From NCBI GenBank assembly GCA_963702845.1, contig OY969763.1, forward strand, positions 1,088,001 to 1,152,000: a DNA stretch of 64,000 nucleotides. Reading direction: 5' to 3'. Below the pieces are notes generated by a model. It saw only the letters and a list, made by a program, of their open reading frames with translations. It did not search any database and was not told where the DNA came from. Positions 32,785 through 43,029 of the stretch are shown here, piece after piece (position 1 is the first letter of the stretch; each line of letters starts with the position of its first letter). This DNA comes from an uncultured Verrucomicrobiae bacterium (GTDB taxonomy: Bacteria; Verrucomicrobiota; Verrucomicrobiia; Limisphaerales; Palsa-1400). The translations under genes were made by a program, and so were the position numbers.

Positions 32785-33107
32785 ACGGATTTTTTCTTTT
32801 GAAGTTGATAGGTAGCCAGGAGCTGTTTGAAAGCGCCTGCGTCGAGTTTGCCATCGGCGAATTGCGCACGCAGGAGGCGTTCGAAGTTGTCTTCGATTTT
32901 TTGGCTGTCGAGGATTTTGATTTTTTCTATCAGTCGATCCAGGCGAAGGCGCAAGGTCGGATATGAAACGTTGTAAGCATCAGCCAAATCTTTCAGGGAG
33001 CCCGAAAGCAGGATGAACCGCTTGATAAACGCGAGGTCCTCGTCATCGAGTTGATCGAGCCACCGGGATGGTGGGCGGACTGCTTCATATTCGGGATGTG
33101 ATTGCAT
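32781..33107 (-). CDS. DUF2089 family HTH protein
   Basis: LDDEDLAFIKRFILLSGSLKDLA...VSYPTLRLRLDRLI. Confidence 0.85.
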   Translation of the reverse strand: MQSHPEYEAVRPPSRWLDQLDDEDLAFIKRFILLSGSLKDLADAYNVSYPTLRLRLDRLIEKIKILDSQKIEDNFERLLRAQFADGKLDAGAFKQLLATYQLQKKKSV

Positions 33108-33313
33108 CGACTTGAATATAATTAAAGTTAGTTTTCGTTTTATGCAATATAAAACTAAAGATAACATTAACTTTGTTGAAAAGCGCGCCCTCCTATCAAC
33201 GTGAAAAAGTGTTTCACAACGTGCGTCGCGTCAGGATGGATGGCGTTTCTTGACAGCAGGAAAAGCAGGCGCAATATCGCTGTGGAGACTGAAATCGTGA
33301 ACGGTTGGGAGGT

Positions 33314-34033
33314 ATGATTCCTATTAAACACAATAGTGATAGTGACGGAGGCGCAGCATTCACATTGATCGAGCTTCTGGTGGTGATTGCAATTATCGCG
33401 ATCCTTGCGGCTTTGCTGCTACCGGTTCTTGCGAAGGCCAAGGAGAGGGGTGATCGCATTTCGTGCGTGAATAACTTGAAGCAACTGGCGCATGGAATCC
33501 AGATGTATGCCGATGATCATAACGATCGGTTGCCAGGACCTCTGTGGGCCGGTTTGTATGATACTTACGATGATCTTTACGATACGCGGCTTCCGTATTT
33601 CATAGCGCCTTACTTCGGGATGCCGTCGCCATCGTTCACGCCGAGGACTTTGCTGGTGGCGCGTTGTCCTTCGGCGGTAAAGCATTGGAAGGAGCCTGGA
33701 CCGAATACTCCTCTTAATAGTGTGGATCGTCCTTTGAGTTATCTGGTGACGCGCGGAGTGACGAATCAAGCGGGCGTGGTGACGTATCCTTTTGGTTATC
33801 CTTACGCGGGTGGCTTGCCCGGAGGAGTTGGTAATGTCGGAACGAACGAAGAACCGAAAAAAGTCCGAGAGCTCGTCAATCCTGCAATCACGTGGGCAAT
33901 CAATGACGCTGACCAGCAGAACGCAGTGGATTGGGCGCGGTTTTATCCGTTTCTTCCGCCAAAGCCGTCACACGGAAGTGTCCGCAATACTTTGTTTTTC
34001 GATTGGCATGTGGATGCCGTAAAGGTTCCGTAA
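33314..34033 (+). CDS. Prepilin-type N-terminal cleavage/methylation domain protein (DUF1559-like)
   Basis: [46 protein letters not shown]. Confidence 0.88.
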   Translation: MIPIKHNSDSDGGAAFTLIELLVVIAIIAILAALLLPVLAKAKERGDRISCVNNLKQLAHGIQMYADDHNDRLPGPLWAGLYDTYDDLYDTRLPYFIAPYFGMPSPSFTPRTLLVARCPSAVKHWKEPGPNTPLNSVDRPLSYLVTRGVTNQAGVVTYPFGYPYAGGLPGGVGNVGTNEEPKKVRELVNPAITWAINDADQQNAVDWARFYPFLPPKPSHGSVRNTLFFDWHVDAVKVP

Positions 34034-34099
34034 TGCTATCGAGTGATTCGGTCGATAGAAACTCCTATCTTTTTCGGACAGTGGAGTTACAACGAGCTT

Positions 34100-34651
34100 A
34101 TGCATCAGGTGGACGCGCAGAAGATTTTCCAACTGCAACGGCCCGACCCCGCGTTGTGGAAATATTATGTGATTCGAGCAATTCTTTCCGGCCCGGCAAT
34201 CATCGTTGCGCTTCCCTACCTTTACTTCCGTTACCACACTTTGCACTACCGATTCGATGAGGAAGGGATTCACATGAAGGTGGGCATTCTTTTTCGGCGA
34301 GAGATCAATCTGACCTACGCGCGCATCCAGGATATTCACCTGCGATCAGGTTTGCTTCAGCGCTGGTTCGGGCTTGCCAATGTGGAAATCCAAACGGCTT
34401 CCGGCTCAGCCGGCGCGGAACTCACCGTCGAAGGATTCAAGGAATACGAGATGATCCGGGATTTTCTCTACACCCGGATGCGCGGATACAAAAGCGCCGT
34501 TGCTTCTGCGCCTCCGCTTGTCTCCGGCACTAATTCAACCGATGTGCAAAACTCCGACGCGGTCGCGCTGCTTTTGAGTATTCGCGATGAATTGCGCCGC
34601 ACGCGCGAGCTGGTCGAAGCTTCCAGGCAGAAGGGCGGCACAAATGTATAA
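34100..34651 (+). CDS. Bacterial PH-domain (bPH_2, YdbS-like) membrane protein
   Basis: GILFRRE...YARIQDI...GLLQRWFGLANVEIQTASG. Confidence 0.85.
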   Translation: MHQVDAQKIFQLQRPDPALWKYYVIRAILSGPAIIVALPYLYFRYHTLHYRFDEEGIHMKVGILFRREINLTYARIQDIHLRSGLLQRWFGLANVEIQTASGSAGAELTVEGFKEYEMIRDFLYTRMRGYKSAVASAPPLVSGTNSTDVQNSDAVALLLSIRDELRRTRELVEASRQKGGTNV

Positions 34652-35399
34652 AGCGTTTTGCGATCTCTGCGAACGATTGCTGCGGATTCCACCGCCGCCC
34701 GAGCATCCTCCGGGCGATGAGCATACAACGAAAATTTTTAGAGCCGCGCCGAACTATTTTAAATACCTGGTCGTGCTGTGGATGATTAGGACCGCTTTCT
34801 TTATATTCGTCGTCGGAATGGGCTTTCTCGGAATTACCGTCGCGACGTTCGTGTCCACAAAGCATGGCGGGCATGGCGGCCCGTTGGTTTATATTATCTT
34901 TAGCATCGAACTCGCAGTGTTAGTTCTATTTCTTTTGAGTCAGTTGCTAAGTCTTGCGATCGTGCGATTGGATTTCGAAAAGCGTTGGTATGTCGTCACA
35001 GACAAAAGTCTTCGCGTCCGCGAAGGCATTGTAAACGTGCAGGAAATGACGGTTACTTTCGCTAACATTCAAAACATCTCGATCTCGCAAGGCCCCATTC
35101 AACGTTGGCTCCAAATCGCCGACCTGAAGGTGGATACGGCAGGTGGTGGTTCAGTTCAACCGCAAGGCCAGCATCAAATGCGGAACCTGCACACTGCCTT
35201 TTTCCGCGGCGTGAACAATGCATTGGAAATTCGCGAGCTGATTCAATCGCGATTGCGACACCTCAAAGATTCTGGCCTCGGCGATCACGAGGAACTTAAG
35301 TCCGCAACGCCTGCGACCAGCGATTTATCCCTCGTTGCCGCCCTGCGAGAGGTTTACGATGAAACGCGAAAACTCAACGCGGCGCTCGGCACGATTTGA
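34644..35399 (+). CDS. Bacterial PH-domain (bPH_2) membrane protein
   Basis: Two TM helices and FANIQNISISQGPIQRWLQIADLKVDTAGG. It overlaps the upstream gene. Confidence 0.85.
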   Translation: MYKAFCDLCERLLRIPPPPEHPPGDEHTTKIFRAAPNYFKYLVVLWMIRTAFFIFVVGMGFLGITVATFVSTKHGGHGGPLVYIIFSIELAVLVLFLLSQLLSLAIVRLDFEKRWYVVTDKSLRVREGIVNVQEMTVTFANIQNISISQGPIQRWLQIADLKVDTAGGGSVQPQGQHQMRNLHTAFFRGVNNALEIRELIQSRLRHLKDSGLGDHEELKSATPATSDLSLVAALREVYDETRKLNAALGTI

Positions 35400-35492
35400 C
35401 TTTGCTTGTCTATAAATTCCCACGCGAATAAGATGTCCTTGTGGACCGTCTGATATTGCAGCATTTGCTATTTCGCGGGACACTACTACTGC

Positions 35493-38252
35493 ATGAAGCT
35501 ACAGAGAACACTTTTGCCCATCTTGGGATTTGTATTCGCTTTCCTCGCTTCGTCTGTTCACGCCCCCGCTAAATTGCTGCCGCTCGAAGATCCGGCGGCG
35601 CGCAATCATTGGGCTTTCAAAGCGCCGGTGCGCCCGGCGTTGCCTGCGGTGAAAAATCAGAAATGGGTTCACAATCCGATTGATCGTTTTGTGCTGGCGC
35701 GCCTGGAACAGGAGAAGCTCGCGCCGTCGCCGCAAGCGGATCGGGTGACGCTGGTGCGGCGGTTGCATTTGGATATCACCGGACTGCCGCCAAGTTTGAA
35801 GGAGGTTGATGACTTTGTTGCGGATCGCAGTCCTGATGCGTACGAAAAGTTGGTGGAACGGTTGTTGGCGTCGCCGCATTACGGTGAACGTTGGGGACGG
35901 CATTGGTTGGATGCGGCGCGGTATGCAGATTCGAATGGGTTCGAGAAAGATTTGGCGCGATCGATTTGGCCGTATCGCGATTATGTGATTAATGCGTTTA
36001 ATCGCGATTTGCCGTTTGACCAGTTTGCCACGGAGCAACTCGCCGGGGATTTGTTGCCCAATCCGACCCTCGACCAGAAGGTCGCGACTGGATTCTTGCG
36101 CAACTCGATGATCAACGAAGAGGGCGGGGTGGATCCGGAACAGTTTCGGATCGAGGGAATCATTGATCGCATGGATGCGATGGGGAAGGCGTTTCTCGGT
36201 CTGACGGTCAATTGTTGCCAGTGTCACAATCACAAATACGACCCGATCGCGCAGAAGGAATATTATCAGTTGTTCGCGTTTCTAAACAACGACGACGAGC
36301 CGCAGATGGAGGTGCCGAGCGCGGAGCAGCAAAACGAGCGCGACGCGATTCTGAAAAAAATCGCGCAAATTGAAGATGAGTCGATGGCGAAATACCCGGA
36401 TGTCGCGCAAAAGATGGACGCGTGGGAAAAGGCGATGCGCGACGTGCCCGGTGAATGGGAGGTGCTTGATCCGGAGAAATATTTTGGGGCGGTCGGAACG
36501 AAGTTTGTGAAGCTGAAGGATAAATCGCTTTTGGCCGGGGCATCGAACCCGCCTATTTCGGAATACACGATTTCGGCGCGGACGCATTTGACGAATATCA
36601 CCGGGTTCAGGCTCGAGGCGTTGCGTGATCCGAACCTTCCGTCGTACGGGCCGGGCCGGGCCCCGAATGGCAATTTTGTCCTTTCAGAATTTCGGGTGGA
36701 TGCGGCGCCGGTTTCGGACACGACGAAGACGAATCGGATCGCGCTGCAGCATGCGACGGCTGATTTTTCGCAGGACAGTTTTCCGGTGACTGCGGCACTT
36801 GATGCTTCCGGAACAAACAAGGCTGGATGGGGAGCAGAAGATTTGCCGGGACGCCGGAATTTGAATCGGCGCGCGGTTTTCGAAACGAAACAACCGCTCG
36901 GCTTTGAAGGTGGGACGCAAATTACATTTACGTTACGGCAATCGTTCGGCGGCCAACACTGTATCGGGCGATTGCGTATGTCGGTGACCACGCGCAAAGG
37001 ACCGTTGCAAGCGGATCCTTTGTCGACGCATGCGCGCGAAATCCTTGACGTTCCCAAAGAGCATCGCACGAAGGAACAGCAGCGCGAATTGTTCAGTTTC
37101 TATCGCCGCACCGACGAACGTTTTGCTGATGCGATCAAGCGCATCGATGAGGCGCAGGCGAAATGGCCGGATGCGCCGAAGACGCTGGTCCTAATCGCGA
37201 AACAGGATGACCTGCGCGAGACGCACATCTTCAAACGAGGCGATTGGCGCAAGCCGGATGAATTGGTGACCCCGGGTGTTCCCGGCATTTTAAATCCGAT
37301 GGGTCCGAGCGAGCCGCGCAATCGGCTGGGGTTGGCGCATTGGTTGGTGGATCGCAAGCATCCGACGCTGGCGCGCGTGATTGTGAATCGGATGTGGCAG
37401 GAGTATTTCGGGCGCGGCCTTGTGCCGACGGCGGAAGATTTGGGCACGCAAGGTGAAAAGCCGAGCCATCCCGAATTGCTCGATTGGTTGGCGACGGAGT
37501 TCATGGACAGCGGCTGGAGCATGAAGCATATGCATCGGCTGATCGTTACATCAGCTACATACCGTCAGTCATCGGTAATATCGCCGAAAATGTGGGAACA
37601 CGATCAGTATAATCGAGTGTTGGCGCGCGGTCCTCGGGTGCGGGTGGATTCTGAGATTATCCGCGACATTGCGGTTTCTGCCGCTGGTTTGTTGGAGGAC
37701 AAGATTGGTGGTCCGAGTGTTTATCCGCCGATTCCCGACGGTGTGCTGGGCCTCGGATACGGTGCGCCGATGAAATGGGAAGTTTCCGGACGTTATCGTC
37801 GCGCGATGTACACGTTTTGGAAACGAACGGTGCCGTATCCATCGATGGTAGTTTTCGATTCGCCGACAGGCGATCAGGCGTGCCCGCGGCGGCTTCGCTC
37901 GAACACACCGTTGCAGGCGCTCACCACGTTGAATGACCCGGTTTTTGTCGACGCGGCGCAGGCATTGGCGATGCGCGTTTGGAAGGAGGGCGGCAAGACC
38001 GACGACGCCCGCGCAGATTATGCGTTCCGGCTTTGCACCGGACGCAAGCCGAGCCAAGGCGAAGAGAAAAATGTGTTGGAATTGTTGCACGACCAGACTG
38101 GTTATTTCGAGGACCGGACAATGAAGGCGGTTGAGGTCGCGTCTCGCGATCCGAAGAACCCGCCGGGCGATGTGAACTTGCATAAGGTGGCGGCGTGGAC
38201 GATGGTCGCGCGGGTGTTGCTCAATCTGGACGAGACCATCACGAAGGAATAA
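35493..38252 (+). CDS. DUF1549/DUF1553 (PSCyt2/PSD1) planctomycete-type cytochrome domain protein
   Basis: [71 protein letters not shown]. Confidence 0.92.
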   Translation: MKLQRTLLPILGFVFAFLASSVHAPAKLLPLEDPAARNHWAFKAPVRPALPAVKNQKWVHNPIDRFVLARLEQEKLAPSPQADRVTLVRRLHLDITGLPPSLKEVDDFVADRSPDAYEKLVERLLASPHYGERWGRHWLDAARYADSNGFEKDLARSIWPYRDYVINAFNRDLPFDQFATEQLAGDLLPNPTLDQKVATGFLRNSMINEEGGVDPEQFRIEGIIDRMDAMGKAFLGLTVNCCQCHNHKYDPIAQKEYYQLFAFLNNDDEPQMEVPSAEQQNERDAILKKIAQIEDESMAKYPDVAQKMDAWEKAMRDVPGEWEVLDPEKYFGAVGTKFVKLKDKSLLAGASNPPISEYTISARTHLTNITGFRLEALRDPNLPSYGPGRAPNGNFVLSEFRVDAAPVSDTTKTNRIALQHATADFSQDSFPVTAALDASGTNKAGWGAEDLPGRRNLNRRAVFETKQPLGFEGGTQITFTLRQSFGGQHCIGRLRMSVTTRKGPLQADPLSTHAREILDVPKEHRTKEQQRELFSFYRRTDERFADAIKRIDEAQAKWPDAPKTLVLIAKQDDLRETHIFKRGDWRKPDELVTPGVPGILNPMGPSEPRNRLGLAHWLVDRKHPTLARVIVNRMWQEYFGRGLVPTAEDLGTQGEKPSHPELLDWLATEFMDSGWSMKHMHRLIVTSATYRQSSVISPKMWEHDQYNRVLARGPRVRVDSEIIRDIAVSAAGLLEDKIGGPSVYPPIPDGVLGLGYGAPMKWEVSGRYRRAMYTFWKRTVPYPSMVVFDSPTGDQACPRRLRSNTPLQALTTLNDPVFVDAAQALAMRVWKEGGKTDDARADYAFRLCTGRKPSQGEEKNVLELLHDQTGYFEDRTMKAVEVASRDPKNPPGDVNLHKVAAWTMVARVLLNLDETITKE

Positions 38253-38262
38253 TCTCCTCGAG

Positions 38263-40509
38263 TTGCACGCTAAATTCTTACGCGGTTTGTTGGTCTTGTT
38301 CTGCGCGATTTCTGCGCATGCCGCAAGCATTCCCGTCCTGGATAAAGTTGAGCCGCAGCCGCTGATTGCGCAGGTGCGGCGGATTGGCGAAGCGATGGAC
38401 ACGCTCGGTTCTCCTTTTGACGAAAAGACTACGGCTGCGTTGCTTGCGGCGATGAAAGCGCCCGATGCGAGCACCAGGATTCAAGAGTTACTCGATCGGC
38501 GTTGCCTTTTTTTCGTCGAGATAAATCCTGAATCACGCGTGAAGGTGACTGTCGGGCCAGCCAAACCGGAACTGGTGGAAGGTGGCTGGCGGCAGTTTTT
38601 AATTAAGGTGCGAAATGACGCGGGCGTCACAGCGCGGCTGAATGTCGAAAGTCCCAATGCAAAATGGCTGGCCAATTCGCCTAAAGACGATTTGCAAAAT
38701 CGATGGCTGGATTTACTCCTGGCTGAATCAACGCCGATGCAGAGCAACCTAAGCGGGCTCGGTTTGGAGTATCGAATTGTGTCGCTTTACAGTCGCGACG
38801 TCGGCAACCGAGAAGCGAAGTTTGCGTTCGATGTGGGCGAGGGGACGCAAGACCTCGGCTCGCGAAGCGTCGCGGATGTGTTGTTCAACTGTTTGCCGTC
38901 GCAACCAATCACGTTGCGCATCCTCGATGAGGTCAATCACCCGACGACGGGATGTTTTGTCATTCGCGATCAGGCGGGGCGCTTTTATCCATCGCAAGCA
39001 AAACGGCTCGCGCCGGATTTTGCATTTCAAAAACAAATCTATCGCACGAACGGTGAAGTGTTGAAATTGCCGGCGGGCGTGTACGCGGTGCAATTTTCGC
39101 GAGGGCCGGAATCGTTGGTGCAAGACACGATGCTCGTTGTCGAACAGCGTCCACAGACCGCAGCGTTTACGGTGAGACGGTGGATTGATCCGTCGTTGTA
39201 TGGTTGGATTTCGGGCGATCATCATATCCACGCCGCGGGCTGCGCGCATTATTCAAAGCCAACGGAAGGGGTATTTCCGGCTGACATGATGCGGCAATGT
39301 ATTGGTGAAGATTTGAAAGTCGGTTGCAATCTCACGTGGGGGCCGTGCTTTGATTTTCAAAAGCAATTTTTTTGCGGACGCGTCGACGACGTTTCCAAAT
39401 ACCCATACTTGTTGCGCTACGATATTGAGGTGTCCGGTTTTGGTTCGGATCGTTCAGGCCATCTCTGCTTGTTGCGGTTGAAGGACCAGCTGTATCCGGG
39501 ATGCACGTCGGATAAAGGTTGGCCGACGCTGGGGTTGAGCATTTTGAAATGGGCGAAGAAGCAAAATGCCGTTTGTGGTCCGGCGCATTCTGGTTATGGA
39601 CTCAAGGTCGAAGGTACGAACGTTCCGAGTCTCCAAGTTCCGGCGTACAACGGCGTTGGCGCCAATGAATTCATTGTTGATGTGACACATAATGTCCTGG
39701 ATGCGCGCGGGACGCTCGGGCCGGCCGTCGATTTTATTTCGTTGATGGACACGCCGTATCCGTGGGAGTTGACGATGTGGTATCACGCGCTGAATGCGGG
39801 TTTTCACACGCGTTGCAGTGGTGAGACGGATTTCCCGTGTATTTACGATGAACGCGTCGGGATGGGACGTTCCTACGTGAAACTGTTTGAGCGCGTGGAC
39901 TACGATCAGTGGTGCGACGGCATTCGCAATGGACGCTCATACGCCAGCGACGGGCGCAGTCACATCATGGATTTTGCGATCGAAGACCGGGGCGTTGGTG
40001 AGATGGATTATGAATTGCCGTTGAATAAGCCGGGGTCGGTCACGGTCACTGCGAAAATCGCTGCGTATTTACCGGCGGTCGCAAATGACAACTTGCGAGC
40101 GCTGCCCGTTGACAAGAAACCGTTCTGGCATTTGGAACGCGCGCGCATTGGGAACTCGCGCGAGGTGCCGTTGGAGTTTATCGTGAATGGAAAAGTTGTT
40201 GCGACCACAAACATGGTTGCCGACGGGGTCGTGCGTGAAATTTCGTATCCATTGCAAATCACCGAGAGTTGCTGGGTTGCTTTGCGGATTTTGCCGTCGT
40301 CACACAGCAATCCCATTTGGATTTCGGTTGGCGGGAAACCATTCGCACCGCGTCGCAGCAGTGTGGAATGGTGCGCAAAAGGAGTCGATCAATGTTGGTC
40401 GCAGAAGCAACAATTCATCAAAGCGGATGAGATGAATGACGCGACAGCAGCCTACGACCATGCGCGTCAGGTGTATCGTTCGTTGCTCGAAAAAGCCGCA
40501 GATCTGTAG
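38263..40509 (+). CDS. CehA/McbA family (PHP-like) metallohydrolase, secreted
   Basis: GWISGDHHIHAAGC, GPAHSG, SGETDFPC, GRSYASDG, HSNPIW. Confidence 0.75.
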   Translation: MHAKFLRGLLVLFCAISAHAASIPVLDKVEPQPLIAQVRRIGEAMDTLGSPFDEKTTAALLAAMKAPDASTRIQELLDRRCLFFVEINPESRVKVTVGPAKPELVEGGWRQFLIKVRNDAGVTARLNVESPNAKWLANSPKDDLQNRWLDLLLAESTPMQSNLSGLGLEYRIVSLYSRDVGNREAKFAFDVGEGTQDLGSRSVADVLFNCLPSQPITLRILDEVNHPTTGCFVIRDQAGRFYPSQAKRLAPDFAFQKQIYRTNGEVLKLPAGVYAVQFSRGPESLVQDTMLVVEQRPQTAAFTVRRWIDPSLYGWISGDHHIHAAGCAHYSKPTEGVFPADMMRQCIGEDLKVGCNLTWGPCFDFQKQFFCGRVDDVSKYPYLLRYDIEVSGFGSDRSGHLCLLRLKDQLYPGCTSDKGWPTLGLSILKWAKKQNAVCGPAHSGYGLKVEGTNVPSLQVPAYNGVGANEFIVDVTHNVLDARGTLGPAVDFISLMDTPYPWELTMWYHALNAGFHTRCSGETDFPCIYDERVGMGRSYVKLFERVDYDQWCDGIRNGRSYASDGRSHIMDFAIEDRGVGEMDYELPLNKPGSVTVTAKIAAYLPAVANDNLRALPVDKKPFWHLERARIGNSREVPLEFIVNGKVVATTNMVADGVVREISYPLQITESCWVALRILPSSHSNPIWISVGGKPFAPRRSSVEWCAKGVDQCWSQKQQFIKADEMNDATAAYDHARQVYRSLLEKAADL

Positions 40510-40576
40510 TTCAACTTTTTTCAGTAACGCAAAGCTATTGACTGGTAATTCCCTGATATTAAGGCATCCTAATTGC

Positions 40577-40924
40577 ATGAAGTTCATTCTTTCCACCCAC
40601 AATCTGACACTCACCAAGGCGATCGAAGATCACTTGCTGTCACGGTTGGAGAAGATCGATCACATGGATAAATATGTGACAGCGGCGCGTGTCACTTTGG
40701 AAAACGATCACCTGAAGGTTGCTGAGCGCAAATTTTCGTGCTCGGTTCGTCTGTCTGTTCCTGGACCCGATATTTTTGCCGAAGATCGCGAGAGCGATCT
40801 GTATGCAGCGATTGATTTAGTTACGAAGAAACTCGAACAGCAATTGCGCAAGCGCCACAGCAAATTCAAAGCGCGCAATCACAGCACGCGCGGTAAAGAG
40901 CTGCGTCGCTCTTCGGGAGTTTAG
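40577..40924 (+). CDS. hpf: Ribosome hibernation promoting factor / RaiA (short form)
   Basis: LTKAIEDH...DLYAAID...KLEQQLRK. Confidence 0.88.
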   Translation: MKFILSTHNLTLTKAIEDHLLSRLEKIDHMDKYVTAARVTLENDHLKVAERKFSCSVRLSVPGPDIFAEDRESDLYAAIDLVTKKLEQQLRKRHSKFKARNHSTRGKELRRSSGV

Positions 40925-40984
40925 TCGCGGCAATTTTTCGACTGATGCGGATTTTGCGGATTTGTTTGATCCGTGAAATTCGCA

Positions 40985-42058
40985 TTATTTTTTCGAGCGA
41001 AGCTCTCCTTTGACCACTTCCCACTTTTGTAAATCGCGGCCCAGTTCATGCGGCCAATTTTCTTCCGTGCAGGTCATGAACACCTGGCTGCGCGCGTGTT
41101 GAGCGCGATTGAGCAACGGCAGGAACGCGGCACGACGGCGCGCATCCAGCTCGCCCATAATATCGTCGATTAGCAAAATCGGTGGTGCACCGTGAATGGT
41201 GGTGAGATGCTCGGCCTGGGTCATTTTTAATGCGATGGCAATAGAACGTTTCTGGCCTTCACTGGCGAATTTTGCGGCGGATTTGTTGTCGAGACGGAGT
41301 TGCAAATCGTCGCGATGCGGCCCGATCAGGGTGATGCGCATGGCGAGTTCGCGCTCGCGATTGGCGGCGAGTTCGGCGGCGAAATCACGTTTTATGGCTG
41401 AATCGTACACGACTTCCAGTTGCTCGGAGCCGCCCGAGATGCGCTCGTAGCATTGTCTGGCCAGAGGAGCAATTTGCGGGAGAAGTTCACGACGAAATCG
41501 GATCAATTGATTTCCGGTGTCGACCAATTCGCGAGTGAAGGCTTCGAGCGCTTTCTCGTTTCGCTGGCGCAACAGTGCGTTTCGCGAACGCAACGCCGCC
41601 GCGTAACGTTGCAGTAATGGGAGGTAGATGGGGTGCGTTTGCGCGAGGAGCAAATCGAGGAACCGCCGGCGAATACGGCTCGTGCCTTTGACCAGCTGTA
41701 AATCTTCAGTGCAAAAAACAACTGCGCGAACCAAACCAAAATAGTCGCTGAGCTTTCGGACCGGTTGGTTGTCTTTGGTTAGTCGACGTTCTGTGGAGGA
41801 CCAGAACAGTTTGATCTCGTGTTGTGTTTGTGACACGACGTGTGCTCCCACGAAATATCCCTTTTGCGCATGGCGCACCATCTGCGCGCTGCCGACCCCG
41901 CGAAACGAACGCAACGTCGCCAACAGATAAATTGCCTCGAGAATATTTGTTTTCCCTTGCGCGTTGTCGCCAAGGAGCAAGTGGAATCCAGGCGAAAAAT
42001 CTACGTCCATCCGCGCGTAGTTGCGGAAGTCGCGAAGCCTGAGGTGGGCCAAATGCAC
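40985..42058 (-). CDS. recF: DNA replication/repair protein RecF
   Basis: FRNY, GDNAQGKTNILEAI, GPHRDDL, SEGQKR, LLIDDIMGELD. Confidence 0.97.
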   Translation of the reverse strand: MHLAHLRLRDFRNYARMDVDFSPGFHLLLGDNAQGKTNILEAIYLLATLRSFRGVGSAQMVRHAQKGYFVGAHVVSQTQHEIKLFWSSTERRLTKDNQPVRKLSDYFGLVRAVVFCTEDLQLVKGTSRIRRRFLDLLLAQTHPIYLPLLQRYAAALRSRNALLRQRNEKALEAFTRELVDTGNQLIRFRRELLPQIAPLARQCYERISGGSEQLEVVYDSAIKRDFAAELAANRERELAMRITLIGPHRDDLQLRLDNKSAAKFASEGQKRSIAIALKMTQAEHLTTIHGAPPILLIDDIMGELDARRRAAFLPLLNRAQHARSQVFMTCTEENWPHELGRDLQKWEVVKGELRSKK

Positions 42059-42063
42059 GGGAA

Positions 42064-42148
42064 AAGGCTAAAGGCTAAGTGCGGAAGGCTAAAGTTTAAA
42101 GCAACGGAGTCGTGGGTTTACTTTAGCGTCCTGCCTTTATACTTTAGC
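42064..42148. repeat. REP-like inverted short-unit repeat (GCTAAAG / CTTTAGC)
   Basis: AAGGCTAA occurs three times, followed by two CTTTAGC, in the recF-rfbA divergent spacer. Confidence 0.45.
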
Positions 42149-42153
42149 GATCC

Positions 42154-43023
42154 ATGAAAGGCATCATTCTCGCAGGCGGCGCCGGTTCGCGTTTGTTTCC
42201 GTTGACACTCGTCGCGAGTAAACAATTGCAACCGGTTTTCGACAAGCCGATGGTCTATTATCCGCTGACCACGCTGATTGAAAACGGCGTGCGCGAACTG
42301 TGCCTGATTTCCACGCCGCACGATCTGCCGCGATTCCGCCAATTGTTGGGGACCGGAAAATCGTGGGGGCTGTCGATCGATTACCGCGAGCAACCCAAAC
42401 CGGCCGGTATCGGCCAGGCGTTTCTGATTGCTGATTCATTTATCGGCAACGATGCGGTGACGTTGATTCTTGGCGACAATATTTTCTATGGCGCGGACAG
42501 CTTCAAGCGCGCATTCGCCGAATTTAAAACCGGCGCGACGATTTTTGGCTATCAGGTTCACGACCCGGAACGTTACGGTGTAGTGGAGTTCGACGACAAA
42601 GGGCAGGCTATTTCGATCGAAGAAAAACCTAAGATGCCGAAGAGTCATTACGCGGTGCCCGGCCTGTATATTTACGACAATGAGGTCCTGGACATTACGC
42701 GGAATCTCAAACCATCCGCTCGCGGCGAATTGGAAATTACCGACATCAACGTTGCCTATCTCAACCGTAAACAATTGCGCGTTCATCGACTGAGCCGTGG
42801 TTTTGCGTGGCTCGATGCCGGCACCAGCAGCAGCTTGCATGACGCTTCCGCTTACGTGCAGACGATTGAGAAACGGCAGGGGATTAAGATCGGTTGTCCG
42901 GAAGAAGCGGCATATCGGCAGGGCTTTATCAATTTGGAACAACTCGACGCGATAGCGACTCAAATGCCCAATTGCGAGTACCGCGATTACCTTTGCAGCA
43001 TCGTGAAAGAAGCGAAGCGCTAG
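42154..43023 (+). CDS. rfbA: Glucose-1-phosphate thymidylyltransferase
   Basis: KGIILAGGAGSRLFP, SKQLQPVFDKPM, ILGDNIF, RGELEITD, AWLDAGT. Confidence 0.95.
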   Translation: MKGIILAGGAGSRLFPLTLVASKQLQPVFDKPMVYYPLTTLIENGVRELCLISTPHDLPRFRQLLGTGKSWGLSIDYREQPKPAGIGQAFLIADSFIGNDAVTLILGDNIFYGADSFKRAFAEFKTGATIFGYQVHDPERYGVVEFDDKGQAISIEEKPKMPKSHYAVPGLYIYDNEVLDITRNLKPSARGELEITDINVAYLNRKQLRVHRLSRGFAWLDAGTSSSLHDASAYVQTIEKRQGIKIGCPEEAAYRQGFINLEQLDAIATQMPNCEYRDYLCSIVKEAKR

Positions 43024-43029
43024 GTTTTG

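Noticed and set aside
29237..34033. Type IV pilus or T2SS gene cluster
   Set aside because: Only isolated prepilin-motif DUF1559-like genes are present, which are abundant paralogues in PVC genomes. No ATPase, secretin or platform genes are nearby.
42154..43023. O-antigen or rhamnose biosynthesis cluster
   Set aside because: rfbA is alone, with no rfbB/C/D or glycosyltransferases adjacent.
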